DNA of 64,000 bases, taken from the NCBI GenBank assembly GCA_040285745.1, contig JAUFOR010000004.1:434001-498000 (forward strand). The letters run 5' to 3'. The DNA comes from Barthelona sp. PCE (taxonomy: Eukaryota). Below are positions 1 to 9,572 of the stretch, one piece after another. How positions within the stretch are numbered: the first letter of the stretch is position 1; every line of letters starts with the position of its first letter. The notes beneath the pieces were generated by a model. That model searched no databases. It was given only the letters and a program-made list of their open reading frames with translations, and was not told the origin of the DNA. The position numbers were made by a program, and so were the translations under genes.

Positions 1-1632
1 TCCATTTTTGTGAGATTATTGTTGGGTTCTTTGTTTTTTGTTGTTTGGGTATTATTGTTTACTGTAATACAAATAATGCCATTTAAATATATTTTCAATA
101 AGATAATTTTATTTTGGAAAAAAGGTTCAAAAAATCAACGTGCATATACAGATTTGGAATTTAGAATATTGTTAGAGACAGAAATGTATTTAGAATCAAT
201 TATTGATGGTGAGAGGCAAAAAAAGTCTGAAACAGAACCTTCTTCACAGAACATCTCGATAATTGGAGAAGAACGTAAGCGAAAATTTTCATTTGAATTT
301 GTTTCGTTTTTTAAAGTACTTAATTCTACTCCTAATGGTTCTATTGAAGAGAAGGAAAAGTTTGGCAGAGGATGTTCTGTTTGTCAACTCCTCAGACATC
401 CTATTATTATTAAAAGATTTCTTCGTGCATCGTTGCGTGGTGCTTTTGGTTTTAGTCACGACTATGACGTCATTCTAGCATCGTATCTTGCTAGGTTAGT
501 TGTTGACAACCAGTTGCACGTGTCAGAACAAGAGGTATTGAGCAGAACAAAGAAGGTAGTGCCAACAAATAACACTGATCGACGATTAAGTATTAATTCT
601 GATTCACACTCAAGATATAGCTCTTCAACGGTGGATTTCACATCAACAATACCATTTGTTGAGATTGAAGCGTTGAGAGTCAAAATAGTGAATCATATGC
701 ACAATTATGCACGATTTTTTAGTTTAATTTTCATTTTCATACCAATTAAAGGATTTGTTGTTCTTCATCTTGTGTGTTGTCGTCTTGGTCGGTTTCCAAT
801 TAAAAGAAAGATGACACTACATGAAAAGATTGACTGCAATCCGACGAGACATTTAGGAATCCTAAATCATCCCAAAACTTCTTATTATATAGGCGCCATT
901 GTCTTATTCATCATGGAGCTGGGTTGTGCATCGGTTTTTTCTTTCTCTCGTAAAGTAAGTCAGTTTCACTTATGGTGTTTCTTGTTTTTTGCAACATGGA
1001 TTGCTATAGCAGTTACAAATGGTGTACGGAAGTACAGGAGGTTTCATGATCCGTGGTGGGATTTTAAAAAATTGCACAATCATTTAACAGCTTCAAAAAC
1101 GTCAAAGAGTTTTGCAACTGAAAGTAATAGATCATTAAGATCATTAAGTAGGATATCAACAAAGGATCATCTGAGTGATCCCCCAACCAATTTTGATTAT
1201 ATCACCGAGGAATTGGGGATGGAAAGTGTCAGTGAACATTTGAGTGTGTATGGTGATGATTTTTCTCCAACAATAAGAGTTTCTGCAACCAATGAATTAC
1301 AACCACTAAATCTTTCCGGTGAATTTGATGCATTTGATGAGTTTGCAGAGATACAAGAGGTTCAAGAGTTGGACTTTTTTGATGCTATCAAGTCTTCTGG
1401 AATGCAGTTCGATGAAGAAAGCATTTTTATTCCTCCAGAAATCGCTGAATTGGCTGATAACGTCTGCTCTGTATTATTGTTGCATGAAGAAGTACATTTT
1501 GAGACTGCAGTAACACTAATCTCACAAAGTTTAGCAGAAGCAAGGGATTTTGGTCCTTCAACACCAATAATGGATATGATTGATCTTGAATCTATATCAA
1601 ATTCACTTAAATCAGAGTTTTATACCGAATAA
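1..1632 (+). CDS. Hypothetical multi-pass membrane protein, 5'-truncated by the window edge
   Basis: The frame is open from base 1 to TAA at 1632. It has several hydrophobic segments and an acidic C-terminal tail. No family recognised. Confidence 0.7.
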   Translation, partial: SIFVRLLLGSLFFVVWVLLFTVIQIMPFKYIFNKIILFWKKGSKNQRAYTDLEFRILLETEMYLESIIDGERQKKSETEPSSQNISIIGEERKRKFSFEFVSFFKVLNSTPNGSIEEKEKFGRGCSVCQLLRHPIIIKRFLRASLRGAFGFSHDYDVILASYLARLVVDNQLHVSEQEVLSRTKKVVPTNNTDRRLSINSDSHSRYSSSTVDFTSTIPFVEIEALRVKIVNHMHNYARFFSLIFIFIPIKGFVVLHLVCCRLGRFPIKRKMTLHEKIDCNPTRHLGILNHPKTSYYIGAIVLFIMELGCASVFSFSRKVSQFHLWCFLFFATWIAIAVTNGVRKYRRFHDPWWDFKKLHNHLTASKTSKSFATESNRSLRSLSRISTKDHLSDPPTNFDYITEELGMESVSEHLSVYGDDFSPTIRVSATNELQPLNLSGEFDAFDEFAEIQEVQELDFFDAIKSSGMQFDEESIFIPPEIAELADNVCSVLLLHEEVHFETAVTLISQSLAEARDFGPSTPIMDMIDLESISNSLKSEFYTE

Positions 1633-1777
1633 TAACAAATATAAAAATTAATTTTGAAATTAGTCGTTTTATTACTATATTTTCAATAAACTAACATTTT
1701 TGCTGTTTTTGTTTTTGTATGTGCGGGGGTTAAAAGGAAAAAAGGGTTAAAAATCCAGTATAGAAAAGTTAAAATCT

Positions 1778-2470
1778 TTAAACAATGGGGTCAAGAACAC
1801 CAACAAAATGTTCCTTAATTTGAGCAAAAACATCATCAATCTCACCGTTACCATCAATGATGTGAACGGCACCAGCATTTTCCTCAAAGAATTTGTAAAC
1901 GGGAATGGTATCATTAGAATATGTAACAAAACGCTTGCCAATGCTCTCAATGTTGTCATCAGCACGGCCAGAAGTACGTCCACGCTCAAGGAGACGCTCC
2001 ACTAAGATATCACGAGGACATTCAATACGGAGCATGAAGTGACCTAAATCACCAAGCATTCTGTGATAGGTTTGAGCTTGAACAATGGAACGTGGGAAAC
2101 CGTCGACAAGGAACTTATCAGTGTCGAATTCTTCCATGGCGCGCTTTAACAATTCAACAGTCACTTCAGCAGGTACAAGAGATCCTTCCTCAATGCACTT
2201 TGCAATCATAGGGGCAAGGGGACCTTCGCGTGCCTGTTCAGCGCGCAATAGGTCGCCAGCACTAAGGTGCTTGAGACCATATGTTTTAACTAAAAGATCG
2301 GACTGTGTGCCTTTTCCAGCACCAGGGGGACCTAAAGATCAGATACAATGCGTGGATCGTGAATGTCAGCTTCATCGAAAGCTAAAATAAAAAGAATTAG
2401 AGAAACTTCAAAAAAGACAGATATTCACGTGTTTCATACCAAGAACGAAGAAAACGTTGGGCTTAGTCAT
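1778..2470 (-). CDS. UMP-CMP kinase / short-LID adenylate kinase, 194 aa; exons 2470-2440 and 2331-1778
   Basis: Splicing restores MTKPNVFFVLG|PPGAGKGTQS (P-loop). Also HLSAGDLLR, FLVDGFPR and RGRTSGRADDN. Confidence 0.93.
2332..2439 (-). other. Spliceosomal intron, 108 nt, phase 1
   Basis: GTATGA...CTGAT-CTTT-AG; removal joins the P-loop in frame. Confidence 0.92.
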
Positions 2471-3028
2471 TTTTGTGTGTTGTGTTATTTGTTAAGGGTG
2501 AAAAAAGGAAAGATAAGGGATCAACTCTTAGTTTTTGGATACGCCACGGTGAGATCCCAGTATATCTTTTTAAATTGGGTCTAACTTTAAGTGGGCTGGA
2601 TATGTGTTTTGTATGTGTGATGTAACTAATATGTTGATCTATTTAATTTCCAAAATCGGATATATCTTCATCGATTTACAACTTTTTTTTCAAGCCCCAA
2701 GGTATAATATAGTGATATAATGCATTTACAGTGTAAAAAAGAATGCTATTTCAACATAAAAATAACACTTTCCAATTTTGAGGCTCGATAGTTTTTTTTT
2801 TCAAAAAATTGGTCGTTTCTAGGGGCTTTTATCCCATATACCCGGAGATTCCGGTGTATGCAGTGTAATTTAACGAAAGCCAATGTGTTACCTTTGTATT
2901 ATGAATAATGTTGTTTATAAGTATGTTGTGTAGTGATTATGGTATTTAACCTTGACCGCAAATAAATTTTGGACTGTAAAGGGGAAAGGTGAATGCTTTA
3001 TAATTCAACACCTTTACACTTGATTACA

Positions 3029-4129
3029 ATGCCATTCAAATCCAAGTTTAACTTGAAGAAGAAAAAGAAGGAAGAGGACGAAGAAAACTCTTCAGAAGAA
3101 GAAGAAGAGAAGCCAAAAAGTAAGTTTTCTCTTGGTAAAAAGAGTAGTGGCAGCAAATTTTCATCAAAACTGGGATCTAAGAAGAAGGATGAAGATGATA
3201 GCAAAGAGGAAGATGATGAGAATGACGAGAAGAAGGAAGCTAGACCTATCTCTGATTATAAACACACTAGCCGATTTACTACCATTGATGAGTCTCTTAA
3301 AGATAAGTTGTGCAAGTTGGATGCATCATTTAAGGCTAACTCAAAGAGTATAAAGAAAATTTCTGGAGAAAAGTTTAGTAGTTTGGCGGAAGTGGATACG
3401 TTACTCAAAGATGCTGAGAGCTTTGTGTATTCAGCGTTGAACGCAACTGATTCTGGTTCGAACTATATTGTTAATCAGTTTTACAAACTCAATATTCTTG
3501 AGAGCACTGGGCTTAAATGTAAGAAACTTTTGAGTAACGAAATTGTCGAGAGGACGTTACCTGGAGAATTTGTTGGACATATAATGGAATCTTTGAAGAC
3601 TGAATATAATTTATTGAACAATAAGTTAAATTCATTAAGAAGTTGTATTGAAAGTGAAGAAACAACTAACTTCGCAAAGGTTTTACCCGAAATTTTAAAG
3701 ATTAATCAAGAAAGTATTAGAGTAATGAGTTCCAAAATTGAATATTTAACTAATGCTTATGATCCTTTATATGAATCATTGGTAGATTACAATTCTAAGT
3801 TTAAGAATGAAGATTTAGCTAGAAAAGAAATATTATTTGGGCCTTTACCACCTAAGAAAGAAGAAGAAGAAAAAAGTAGTATTAAATCTCCTTTAGGACG
3901 TAAATTAGGTGGAAGTCTGGGTAAAGGTAAGCTCGGTGGAGGTAAAAAATTGAATTTAGGTGGTTTAAAGAAGAGCGATGGTGAAGGAAAACCCAAAAAG
4001 CTGAATTTGAGCAGTGGCAAATTGGGAAGTAGTCTAAAAAAGAAGGATGATTCCAAAGAAGAGGACACAGATGGAGAGAAAAATGAAGAAAAGCCAAAAA
4101 AGAAACTTAGCCTTAAACTGAAAAAATAA
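3029..4129 (+). CDS. Nup58/Nup49-like central-channel nucleoporin with Lys-rich low-complexity termini
   Basis: Core SRFTTIDESLKDKLCKLD...LPGEFVGHIMESLKTEYNLLNNKLNSL...LPEILKINQESIRVMSSKIEYL resembles the Nup58/Nup49 coiled-coil core. Likely start MPFKSKF at 3029; an alternative ATG lies at 2993. Confidence 0.6.
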   Translation: MPFKSKFNLKKKKKEEDEENSSEEEEEKPKSKFSLGKKSSGSKFSSKLGSKKKDEDDSKEEDDENDEKKEARPISDYKHTSRFTTIDESLKDKLCKLDASFKANSKSIKKISGEKFSSLAEVDTLLKDAESFVYSALNATDSGSNYIVNQFYKLNILESTGLKCKKLLSNEIVERTLPGEFVGHIMESLKTEYNLLNNKLNSLRSCIESEETTNFAKVLPEILKINQESIRVMSSKIEYLTNAYDPLYESLVDYNSKFKNEDLARKEILFGPLPPKKEEEEKSSIKSPLGRKLGGSLGKGKLGGGKKLNLGGLKKSDGEGKPKKLNLSSGKLGSSLKKKDDSKEEDTDGEKNEEKPKKKLSLKLKK

Positions 4130-4156
4130 ACAACTTATATAAGTTTACATCTTTAC

Positions 4157-5019
4157 TTATGAGAGCATCATACGTACGAACTCATCATAAGAGATCTTAC
4201 CATCACCGTTTGAATCGGCTTCGCTAATCATCTCATCAATCTCGTTAGGGGAAAGCTTCTCACCCAACTGACACATGACAAAACGTAACTCATCAGCGGA
4301 GATGACACCGTTGTTATCCTTATCGAAAACACGGAAAGCTTCACGAACAGCATCTTCCGAATCGTTCTCAGCCATTTTGTGGGACATCATAGCGAGGAAC
4401 TCGGGGAAGTCAATGGTACCGTTACCATCAGCATCAATCTCGTTAATCTAAACGTTAGGTTATAAGAGAAAAAAAATATTGTGGATAAACATACCATATC
4501 ACGGAGCTCGGCGTTAGAAGGGTTCTGGCCAAGAGCGCGCATTACGACTGACAATTCTGAGATGGAAATGCTGCCTAAAAGTTAGTTTTCAGAATTAGAA
4601 AATAGGATTCTCAAAAAAAATCCCGTTTTTGAAACAAACCATCGTTGTTCTAAATGTTAAATACTATTGTTTGAAAAAAAGAGCGAAACTCTTCAAAAAA
4701 AAAACATACCTTATCGAAAAGAGAAAAGGCTTCCTTGAACTCGGCGATCTGATCTGCGGTGAGGGCTTCAGTATAAAAGTTAGTTGAAAATATAACTGTA
4801 TGCGCAAAACAGTTGAAAAAGAGCACATTAAGCATTTTGTCCAAACATTTTTTGGCAGCAATGTATGCCTCATGGTGTGAACTCCATTGCAAACAAAGCA
4901 ATATGGCAAATAGCAAAAGAGTACAAAGAAAATTTTAAACATTACACCCTCTTTGTATTTAGCCAGTAAGAGGTGCTCACAGCTCCAAGTAGCGTCACAC
5001 AAACTAATTAACATACCAT
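4157..5019 (-). CDS. CaM: Calmodulin, 148 aa; exons 5019-5017, 4772-4710, 4649-4640, 4574-4495, 4447-4157
   Basis: Spliced product [73 protein letters not shown]...[10 protein letters not shown]. Four EF-hands; exon total 447 nt. Confidence 0.95.
4448..4494 (-). other. Calmodulin intron 4, 47 nt
   Basis: GTATGT...CTAAC-GTTT-AG. Confidence 0.95.
4575..4639 (-). other. Calmodulin intron 3, 65 nt
   Basis: GTTTGT...CTAAC-TTTT-AG. Confidence 0.92.
4650..4709 (-). other. Calmodulin intron 2, 60 nt
   Basis: GTATGT...TTAAC-ATTT-AG. Confidence 0.93.
4773..5016 (-). other. Calmodulin intron 1, 244 nt, apparent GT-AT
   Basis: ATG|GTATGT ... CTAAC-TTTT-AT|ACT GAA GCC. Confidence 0.75.
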
Positions 5020-5574
5020 TTTTATGTATGAAATAGGATAATAAAAAGCTTACATTCGAAATGTTGTTCATGCTTTGTAATATACATTTTAGACATCGTT
5101 TCAAAGTAATATTATCATAGTAACCGTTTTAATGGTGGTGAACAACCATGAATATCGATTGATGATGTGAAAAGTGTTTTCTCAATATTTTTGCAAATTT
5201 CTCTAATTTTATTAGCGCGACAAGGGTTTAGTTATAGACACTGCAGTATATTGATGGAAAAAGTAACGATAAAATTGGGTTTTTCGAATTTACTGTGCTT
5301 TGCTTTTGGTCTGTTGAAATTATGAGGCTTGAAGTGTTCATGTAGTATATACAGCCTCATGTATTGGGTAATAATACAGGTATGGTTAGGTTTCTTAGAA
5401 TTTTTTTTGCAGGTATTGAATTCTTCGGTTTTTACTCATACTATTTGTTTAACAGATCGTATTTTAGCATTAACCCCACCTACACAACTTAAATCACCAG
5501 AAAAGCAAAAAATGAGAAACTTTATCATAAACTATTTAAAACCACTTTCAAAGTTCGATTTTTTCGGCATAAGG

Positions 5575-7644
5575 ATGCCAAGGATTAAAAAATTTGAGGA
5601 GGGGCTATTTGTAAGGATTTCACAGTCAGGGGGTCACCTTTCCGTTGAAAATAATGCTATCAAAATTTGGGACGGGGATGTTACGTCCTATGACAACATA
5701 CCGGATGCTCTCTGTGAGAAATCACGTCTCTACGGTCATGTAGCCACAGAAAAGAGACTTTTATTAGATTGTGAAGGAAGAGTGTTTCCAAGAGGTGCAC
5801 GACGTGCAATATATGATTGTCATCTCATATATGAATCAGTTGAAACGGGTAATCCAGGGAAATATACCATTCGCATGATGAAAGAAGGAGAAGAAGTAGT
5901 AGAACAAGAGATTAATTTTGAACAGCTTAAGCCATTCATCAGAATCAGAATTGCTCTCTTGAACAAGGATCATCTTCTTATAACAGCCACACATGAGAGC
6001 GATAATTATTTTGGAGAAGCGACAAGTGCTTATATATTTAACTTTGATGGACGCCATCGCATGTTAGGAGAGTATGCCGCTTATTCCAATAATTTCAATA
6101 GTTTTGGCATGATTTTGTTCTCGAATTATACGATGAACAGATGTTATGAGCATTTTGTTTATAACTTTACACCCGACGATATTGATACAGATTATAATCC
6201 CAATATTAAGACAGTAACAGGGTTTGATGAGCAAATGGCATACTGTGCGAATTCAGATTGTTGCGCTATGTATAAGTTCCGTGAAGGATTTGAAAATTTT
6301 TTACTTTTTGATCAGGCTGGAAATTGTCGTGATATTGTTCAAGATTTTCCGCTTTTGAAGGATGCACCCGATGCCACATGTCCCAGTTACTTCTTTTTGT
6401 ATAGATTAAGTACTCAAGTATTGGAAATGGTTACCATTTCCAACCAACAATTCTCCCACATTTCGGTCAGGAATAATGTTTTAAGGATAACAAAAGGTAG
6501 CCTTGGGTGCGACACTCTCGTCGGAACACATGTCGGAATCGATCTCAACTGTATTGAGTATCAGAATTCTAATTACGAATGGATTGGTCGTAATGTTTTC
6601 ACTGGTCTGTTTGATCGAGTTCAATTCATGAGAGAGGATGTGATACTTCTCTCCATCGAGGACATTTCACCTGAAAGAGTTGGTAGTAACGGTTTTATTG
6701 AATGCATGAATTCAGGATATGTTAAACATTTTTTGTTGTTGAGGCATGATGTTGTGATGACACTAAATTACGCCTTAAATTGCAAAATCACCAAGGTGTA
6801 CCCTTCTGAAGGCGGTGACGCACTGGTTGTCTACTATAAGATGTATGAAAGTAGTACTGGTTACACAGATATGCAGAAAGTTGTGTTCAAAATTGATGGC
6901 ACAGTTTTACATGAGGAGTTACCGTCTTTATATCAGTCTGATCGTATCATACAAGGGAAACCGTTCTCAGTTTACCACGGTGCTGAGGGTGTTCGTGTTT
7001 CGCTTGGCACTACATTGTTATACGAGGAAGATAATACGGGAGCGGGTACAGTTCAGTCAGTTTCATCTGGCAGCAATGATACAATAGCGTTTGAGTTTAA
7101 AGGAATTGTTCACTTTTTAAGGATTTCTCAGGAAGGATTCGTTTTACAGCATTTACAGATGGACGGAACACGTGTTCGTCTTTGTCACTGGTTCATAGCA
7201 GAGGATACACAGCTCGCGCTGGTCGAGTGTGACAGTAGGATACTGTTGTATTCTGTTAACTGGGAGGTTGGCAGGCTTTCCCAGCCATGTGATATTACTC
7301 TTTTATGTAGTCATGGTTTTATGGGGAATCAGCAGATATTCATTAATGAAAGTGCAATTTTATTCGATTTGAATACACATACTATATCACTTGATTGCGA
7401 TGGAGATCCTTTTGTGAAAAATTCAGTTGATTCTCTACCATCTTGTTCAATAGACGGGATAGGATACCTTCCCCGTCGTGATGTCGGACAAAAGGTAACG
7501 TTTGATGATGATACTAAAACATATGATGTTGTTGAATATGATTATGAAAGCAACGTTGAAAACATAACCCATCACCATGTACCAACGTTTGTGGCTAATG
7601 CTGATGTATTCAGTTTTTCTATCCCTATTCAAGAAGTGAATTAG
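5575..7644 (+). CDS. Hypothetical beta-rich protein, 'MPR' family member 1 (~689 aa)
   Basis: Long ORF. Start MPRIKK at 5575 chosen by analogy with paralogue N-termini; the ORF is open further upstream. Confidence 0.75.
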   Translation: MPRIKKFEEGLFVRISQSGGHLSVENNAIKIWDGDVTSYDNIPDALCEKSRLYGHVATEKRLLLDCEGRVFPRGARRAIYDCHLIYESVETGNPGKYTIRMMKEGEEVVEQEINFEQLKPFIRIRIALLNKDHLLITATHESDNYFGEATSAYIFNFDGRHRMLGEYAAYSNNFNSFGMILFSNYTMNRCYEHFVYNFTPDDIDTDYNPNIKTVTGFDEQMAYCANSDCCAMYKFREGFENFLLFDQAGNCRDIVQDFPLLKDAPDATCPSYFFLYRLSTQVLEMVTISNQQFSHISVRNNVLRITKGSLGCDTLVGTHVGIDLNCIEYQNSNYEWIGRNVFTGLFDRVQFMREDVILLSIEDISPERVGSNGFIECMNSGYVKHFLLLRHDVVMTLNYALNCKITKVYPSEGGDALVVYYKMYESSTGYTDMQKVVFKIDGTVLHEELPSLYQSDRIIQGKPFSVYHGAEGVRVSLGTTLLYEEDNTGAGTVQSVSSGSNDTIAFEFKGIVHFLRISQEGFVLQHLQMDGTRVRLCHWFIAEDTQLALVECDSRILLYSVNWEVGRLSQPCDITLLCSHGFMGNQQIFINESAILFDLNTHTISLDCDGDPFVKNSVDSLPSCSIDGIGYLPRRDVGQKVTFDDDTKTYDVVEYDYESNVENITHHHVPTFVANADVFSFSIPIQEVN

Positions 7645-9572
7645 TATATTGTATGATTCATACGATAATATGCTGAAAGTTCAAACAACAAGCGATCACT
7701 CATAGCGGATATAGGAAAAAACTTACTGTTATTGCTGAACAATTCTATAACATTAATTTTTTTTTTTTCAATAATATAACTCGTAAAATCTCTATCAAAT
7801 TTGAGTAAATCATAAACTAGATTGTACTCATCCAAGCATAGATTCATTTGACACAATGTTCTCCTGGTGTTCACCTGATATTTATACTGAATAGAAGGAC
7901 AGCAATCCCAAGGTAGCTCTAAATCAATGCGTTCTGCAACATCGTTGGTGATTCGGTACAATCTGTTCTCCAGAAGAATTACATCAGTATCTATGAAGTG
8001 ACATCTAAAGTCTTTGCACTCTCCATCCTCAATAAAAAACCGTGTGAAACTCCTTGCATCAAAATCATACCTTACACCACATACCGAGCTGTCACATTGT
8101 AATAATGCTAATGGTGGATTGAAAAAATTTGGCACAACTCTTTCATGAGCTTCAACCTCTGTTTCCAGTGTATCAAATTGTTCTACGTTACCTAAATTAT
8201 CAAAGACAACAACGCCGATGAAGCTTGACCCAGACAACCACAACATATTATTTGCAAAAACAGCATTAAACCAAAAATTTAGATCATGTGGGGCATAAAA
8301 ATCAACAGAGTTAATATTTATCGATTCGTTATAGCCATATTTCAGGAAGCATGTCGCGCCCGATGCATGATAGATATAGTCATCTTTTTGTAATGTACAA
8401 TTCAGCTGAGAATACAGTCTTTCATCTTCATTATATATAGTTAACTTTTCATCTTCCCAGTACACCTGAGTATTCACAATTGCTCCCTTCTCGTGGTTGC
8501 ATCTCAGCCCAATTAACGTCTTACACCCCTCATCAACAGTTCCATACATGATAACAGCTGGGTCATTGCTGAAAATATCAAACATAATTATGTGGCGTTC
8601 GGTTGAAAATATTGGGTACAGAAATGCATTGTGCAGTGCAAAGGAGTATCGGGTATTGGGGACAATGCCGAATCCGCCGATATTGGACTCTATAGCTAGT
8701 GGATACAAGAATCGGTCAACCAATCCATACAGAACACCATCAACGTGCATCAGACTCATATATCGTGTTCCAGAAACATCTACAGAACGGAGAGGCACGT
8801 CACCGGACAAATCATATCCAACTATTGTGCCCAATTCCGGAAAATGAAAAATAAAAAAATCGTTATATAAAAAACATTGGGTTGAAAGCGCACCATCACT
8901 GATATTTATGGAGGGATACTCGATGATATCCAGTTCTTCTTCGAAGACAGACACAAGATACATCATATCTGCACACCAGAAAAAGAAAGAAGGTTGTTCT
9001 GAATTAACAACTTCAATGAACTTAAAGCTTTGTGATGTTGGTAATTGAAATTTGATTAGTTTTAGATCATCACAAACAATAGTTGGAATAGTGAAATAAT
9101 CGTCTGCACTTGTAAATATTGGTGTTCTCAAATATGTACTATACCCAATGTTATCAACAGACTCTATATTTTTGGTGTGAAGGTCAACAATACATGTGTG
9201 ATATGAGGAAAAGATAACAATAAAACGTTCACTTAGGACTTTGTAATGATTAATATTATCTATTCCAAAGTCATTAATTTTAACAGTAGTTATCGTTTCA
9301 AGCTCCTTTTCAATCAGCTTATAAAACGTTATACCACTGTTTTTATGATCGTAATCTTCATCTGTATACATTATTCGTTGGTGTTTATAAGTACACTGAC
9401 GTATGTGTGAAGAAATATCTGGTAAAAGTATTCGTTCTTGGTGGTTTGGAATGATCATAAACGCTGTTTCTGATGGTTTAGGTGTAAATCCCTTTGGTTT
9501 AAATATGCTACGCGAAGAATTGGTGAATAAATCCCCAATATTGCCATGAATATGCGATTGTATTCTTGGCAT
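7641..9572 (-). CDS. Hypothetical beta-rich protein, 'MPR' family member 2 (643 aa)
   Basis: Long ORF starting MPRIQ. Its stop overlaps the convergent neighbour's stop by 4 bp. Confidence 0.8.
   Translation of the reverse strand: MPRIQSHIHGNIGDLFTNSSRSIFKPKGFTPKPSETAFMIIPNHQERILLPDISSHIRQCTYKHQRIMYTDEDYDHKNSGITFYKLIEKELETITTVKINDFGIDNINHYKVLSERFIVIFSSYHTCIVDLHTKNIESVDNIGYSTYLRTPIFTSADDYFTIPTIVCDDLKLIKFQLPTSQSFKFIEVVNSEQPSFFFWCADMMYLVSVFEEELDIIEYPSINISDGALSTQCFLYNDFFIFHFPELGTIVGYDLSGDVPLRSVDVSGTRYMSLMHVDGVLYGLVDRFLYPLAIESNIGGFGIVPNTRYSFALHNAFLYPIFSTERHIIMFDIFSNDPAVIMYGTVDEGCKTLIGLRCNHEKGAIVNTQVYWEDEKLTIYNEDERLYSQLNCTLQKDDYIYHASGATCFLKYGYNESININSVDFYAPHDLNFWFNAVFANNMLWLSGSSFIGVVVFDNLGNVEQFDTLETEVEAHERVVPNFFNPPLALLQCDSSVCGVRYDFDARSFTRFFIEDGECKDFRCHFIDTDVILLENRLYRITNDVAERIDLELPWDCCPSIQYKYQVNTRRTLCQMNLCLDEYNLVYDLLKFDRDFTSYIIEKKKINVIELFSNNSKFFPISAMSDRLLFELSAYYRMNHTIY

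Noticed and set aside
4664-5104. 146-aa ORF over the calmodulin 5' region
   Set aside because: It spans introns and promoter in a non-calmodulin frame; the spliced model explains the region.
5329-5574. Upstream extensions from GTG/TTG or early ATGs in the ORF track (also 11761, 17089, 25867, 34281, 48340)
   Set aside because: This is a eukaryotic locus. The extensions are AT-rich UTR or promoter sequence lying before the first homologous residues.
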